1,267 nt of DNA from Naegleria gruberi. Its lineage: Eukaryota. Below are positions 1 to 1,267 of the stretch, one piece after another. The notes beneath the pieces were generated by a model. It was not told the DNA's origin. It searched no databases and saw nothing but the letters and a program-made list of their open reading frames with translations. The stretch is from NCBI GenBank assembly GCA_000004985.1, contig GG739464.1; one strand, written 5' to 3'. The translations under genes were made by a program, and so were the position numbers. How positions within the stretch are numbered: the stretch's first letter is position 1; each line of letters begins with the position of its first letter.

Positions 1-1
1 T

Positions 2-241
2 ACTGTTGGTGATGATGCTCAAGCTTTAATTTGGGATGTTAGAAGTGGTTTTAATAATAATTTAAATGATCAATATGATAATTCATCATCACAACAACAA
101 CAACAACAACCAACTATTGAACCAATTCTTGAATATAGAGCTGATTGTGAAATTAATCAATTGGGATGGAGTTCTTTAAATATGGATTGGATTCAATTGT
201 TTTGGTCAAAAATTACAAATTTTAAAAGTTTAATTTTATGA
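2..241 (+). CDS. 3' end of a WD40-repeat protein, DCAF7/WDR68/HAN11 family (yeast YPL247C-like). 5'-partial, cut by the window edge; stop TGA at 239-241.
   Basis: Frame 2 translates without stops to TVGDDAQALIWDVRSGFNNNLNDQYDNSSSQQQQQQPTIEPILEYRADCEINQLGWSSLNMDWIQLFWSKITNFKSLIL*. From memory this aligns with the human DCAF7 C-terminus ...[58 protein letters not shown] through the last residue. The shared blocks are DDxQALIWD, EPILxY, EINxxxWxS and DWIxxxxxxxxxxL. Nearly every codon ends in A or T, as in highly expressed genes of AT-rich yeasts or Dictyostelium. AT-rich non-coding sequence follows immediately. Confidence 0.85.
   Translation, partial: TVGDDAQALIWDVRSGFNNNLNDQYDNSSSQQQQQQPTIEPILEYRADCEINQLGWSSLNMDWIQLFWSKITNFKSLIL
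83..109 (+). repeat. In-frame trinucleotide microsatellite (TCA)3(CAA)6, encoding SSSQQQQQQ inside the WD protein.
   Basis: Read directly: tca tca tca caa caa caa caa caa caa at 83-109, in the coding frame. It sits in a low-complexity insertion (RSGFNNNLNDQYDNSSSQQQQQQ) that replaces a short loop (QQMPRA) of the DCAF7 alignment. Confidence 0.9.
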
Positions 242-330
242 AGAGAATAAAATGAAATTAATTTAAATTTATTAAAAACTACTTTTTAAACGGTCAATAA
301 TAAAAATTTGAGAAGTAAGGTGGTTCAAGA
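242..330 (+). terminator. AT-rich 3' flank of the WD gene with likely 3'-end formation and polyadenylation signals.
   Basis: The segment is roughly 20% GC and begins right after the stop. AATAAA lies at 246-251 and an A-rich aataataaaaa at 297-307. Composition rises to ~40% GC from ~330 onward. I cannot confirm function from sequence alone. Confidence 0.3.
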
Positions 331-457
331 ACAACAAGAGATTATTGTTATACCTGCATTATCTTTGATTTTGTGAATAATATGATTCTGCCTCACTATT
401 CTACCAATCCGATTTCTGTAGGGTGAGTAAAATGATCGTTTTTCAAGAATTGACTTT

Positions 458-751
458 TCAGTAATCGACGAATGCTATCATTTTCATGGATAACCAATCC
501 AAGCTTCCGAATAATCCATTGCCAGACAGGGCACTGCATGGTTGAATGTACCTTTTTGCTTAATCTCGTGCAATTTCAAAGTATTGACCACTTATTAGCC
601 CACACCAATAACTTGGCATCTTTCAACAGATCATCCTGCATAACTTCCCGTTCGGTTTCGGCAGCTTCTTTAAATCTCTCTTATCATTGATGACAAATCT
701 CCATAACTTTCTAATCTTATCCTGGCCACCAATATCAAACACTCTGGATGT
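458..751 (-). pseudogene. Decayed ARF-family small GTPase (class I Arf, Arf1-like). It has frameshifts, an internal stop and internal deletions. It may extend upstream to ~840, but the N-terminal third including the P-loop is not recognisable.
   Basis: Minus strand, frame A, 751-674: TSRVFDIGGQDKIRKLWRFVINDKRD. Arf1 has [37 protein letters not shown], so about 12 residues are missing ([11 protein letters not shown]..). Frame C (-1 relative to A), 680-591: ERFKEAAETEREVMQDDLLKDAKLLVWANK. Human Arf1 has [30 protein letters not shown], and yeast Arf1 has the REVMQ motif, so this is a strong match. Frame C then reads WSIL and stops at 578-576. Frame D (+1), 589-458: GQYFEIARD*AKRYIQPCSALSGNGLFGSLDWLSMKMIAFVDY*. 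Arf1 has [30 protein letters not shown]. This frame has an in-frame TAA at 562-560 and stops at 460-458. A single 1-nt deletion near 680 explains the A-to-C shift. The segment between ANK and YIQ is about 13 residues shorter than in Arf1. The continuous sequence leaves no room for introns at any of these breaks. Confidence 0.65.
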
Positions 752-1267
752 TTACTAACAGCTATACAGCAAACAACCACGCACCAATATCACAGAATTG
801 TAATTATATAGCATACAGGCGTGACAAACCTTCAAAGTGTTTTTCAAATTTTGCGAAACATTGGCCAGATACAGTAAGATTGGTTATCATCGTGGAGTAC
901 ACTGTGATCATAACATAAGTATTGGCATACCTACGGCTCGACTATTTGGACTACATATATTCAAATCGTTAGTTTTCAAAACCTTGTTCAAATATGATTA
1001 TCGCAATTATACCAAACACATAACTATGGTTAGTATATACGTATTCTTTTTCGTGTTGATATCAAGGCTAAAGTGGATATGCCTAAAAAGCAGGCTTATA
1101 AGATTAGTGGCATTACCTTCCTATTTAAATTACCATAAAGTGGAATGTTAAGAACCAATACACCTATGAATTAGGTTACATTATGTGTACAGCAAAATAC
1201 GCGTATTTAACTGAAGCCTATGTTATATAGTTTGTTTGCTCGTATAGAATAAAAAATATATAGTAAT

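Noticed and set aside
318-340. tRNA T-arm-like ggtggttcaagaacaac.
   Set aside because: The flanks show no complementarity for a T-stem and there is no acceptor or anticodon structure, so this is not a tRNA.
421-430. GGTGAGTA at 422-429 on the plus strand, a consensus-like 5' splice donor.
   Set aside because: No exon precedes it on the plus strand. It lies in the 3' flank of the minus-strand pseudogene, so it is most likely a chance match.
472-690. 72-aa plus-strand ORF from the supplied track (MLSFSWITNPSFRII...).
   Set aside because: It lies entirely antisense to the Arf-homologous segments and is an artefact of the decayed pseudogene on the opposite strand. The protein is hydrophobic and low-complexity with no recognisable motif.
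837-1151. 104-aa plus-strand ORF from the supplied track (MFFKFCETLARYSKIGYHRG...).
   Set aside because: I recognise no family or motif. The composition is biased (F/Y/I/K/L-rich), as expected for a chance ORF in ~33% GC DNA, and codon usage does not resemble the bona fide WD gene. A 100-codon open frame is not unusual in AT-rich sequence, where TGA, TAA and TAG are the only stops. I would need expression or conservation evidence to call it.
1-1267. Prokaryotic or mobile defence-system content (CRISPR arrays, toxin-antitoxin, restriction-modification, phage genes).
   Set aside because: The sequence is eukaryotic in character, with polyQ microsatellites, AT-rich 3' flanks, DCAF7 and Arf homologues and yeast-like codon bias. 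I find no direct-repeat arrays and no operon-like ORF packing.
760-1267. An LTR or retrotransposon fragment upstream of the pseudogene.
   Set aside because: I find no TG...CA long terminal repeat structure, no primer-binding site or polypurine tract, and no RT, integrase or gag-like translation in any frame. Only the short inverted repeat listed under findings is visible.

Overview
This looks like AT-rich eukaryotic nuclear DNA, probably from a yeast or fungus; Dictyostelium-like is also possible. I see no prokaryotic operon, CRISPR array or defence-system architecture. Two things are supportable. (1) Positions 2-241 on the plus strand are the 3' end of a clean coding region for a WD40-repeat protein of the DCAF7/WDR68/HAN11 family. 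It carries a low-complexity Ser/Gln insertion encoded by a (TCA)3(CAA)6 microsatellite, uses almost only A/T-ending codons, and ends at TGA 239-241. (2) On the minus strand, about 458-751 and possibly up to ~840, lies a decayed copy of an ARF-family small GTPase (class I Arf, fungal Arf1-like). The conserved DxGGQ/switch-II, xxxLLVxANK (G4) and YIQ..C.A.SG.GL..LDWLS (C-terminal) blocks are all present. They are spread over three reading frames, with one in-frame stop and several internal deletions relative to canonical Arf1. This is a pseudogene unless the sequence carries multiple errors. It converges on the WD gene, and its GC-ending codon usage is unlike that gene's. The two ORFs in the supplied track look spurious. 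ORF 472-690 is antisense to the pseudogene. ORF 837-1151 is low-complexity and shows no recognisable homology. Weaker observations are an imperfect ~16-nt inverted repeat bracketing 762-1247 and an 11-nt direct repeat at the point where Arf homology ends. I cannot name the organism. The codon bias (tta/aga/ggt/caa) and the REVMQ Arf motif point to a Candida-like yeast, and this is inference only.
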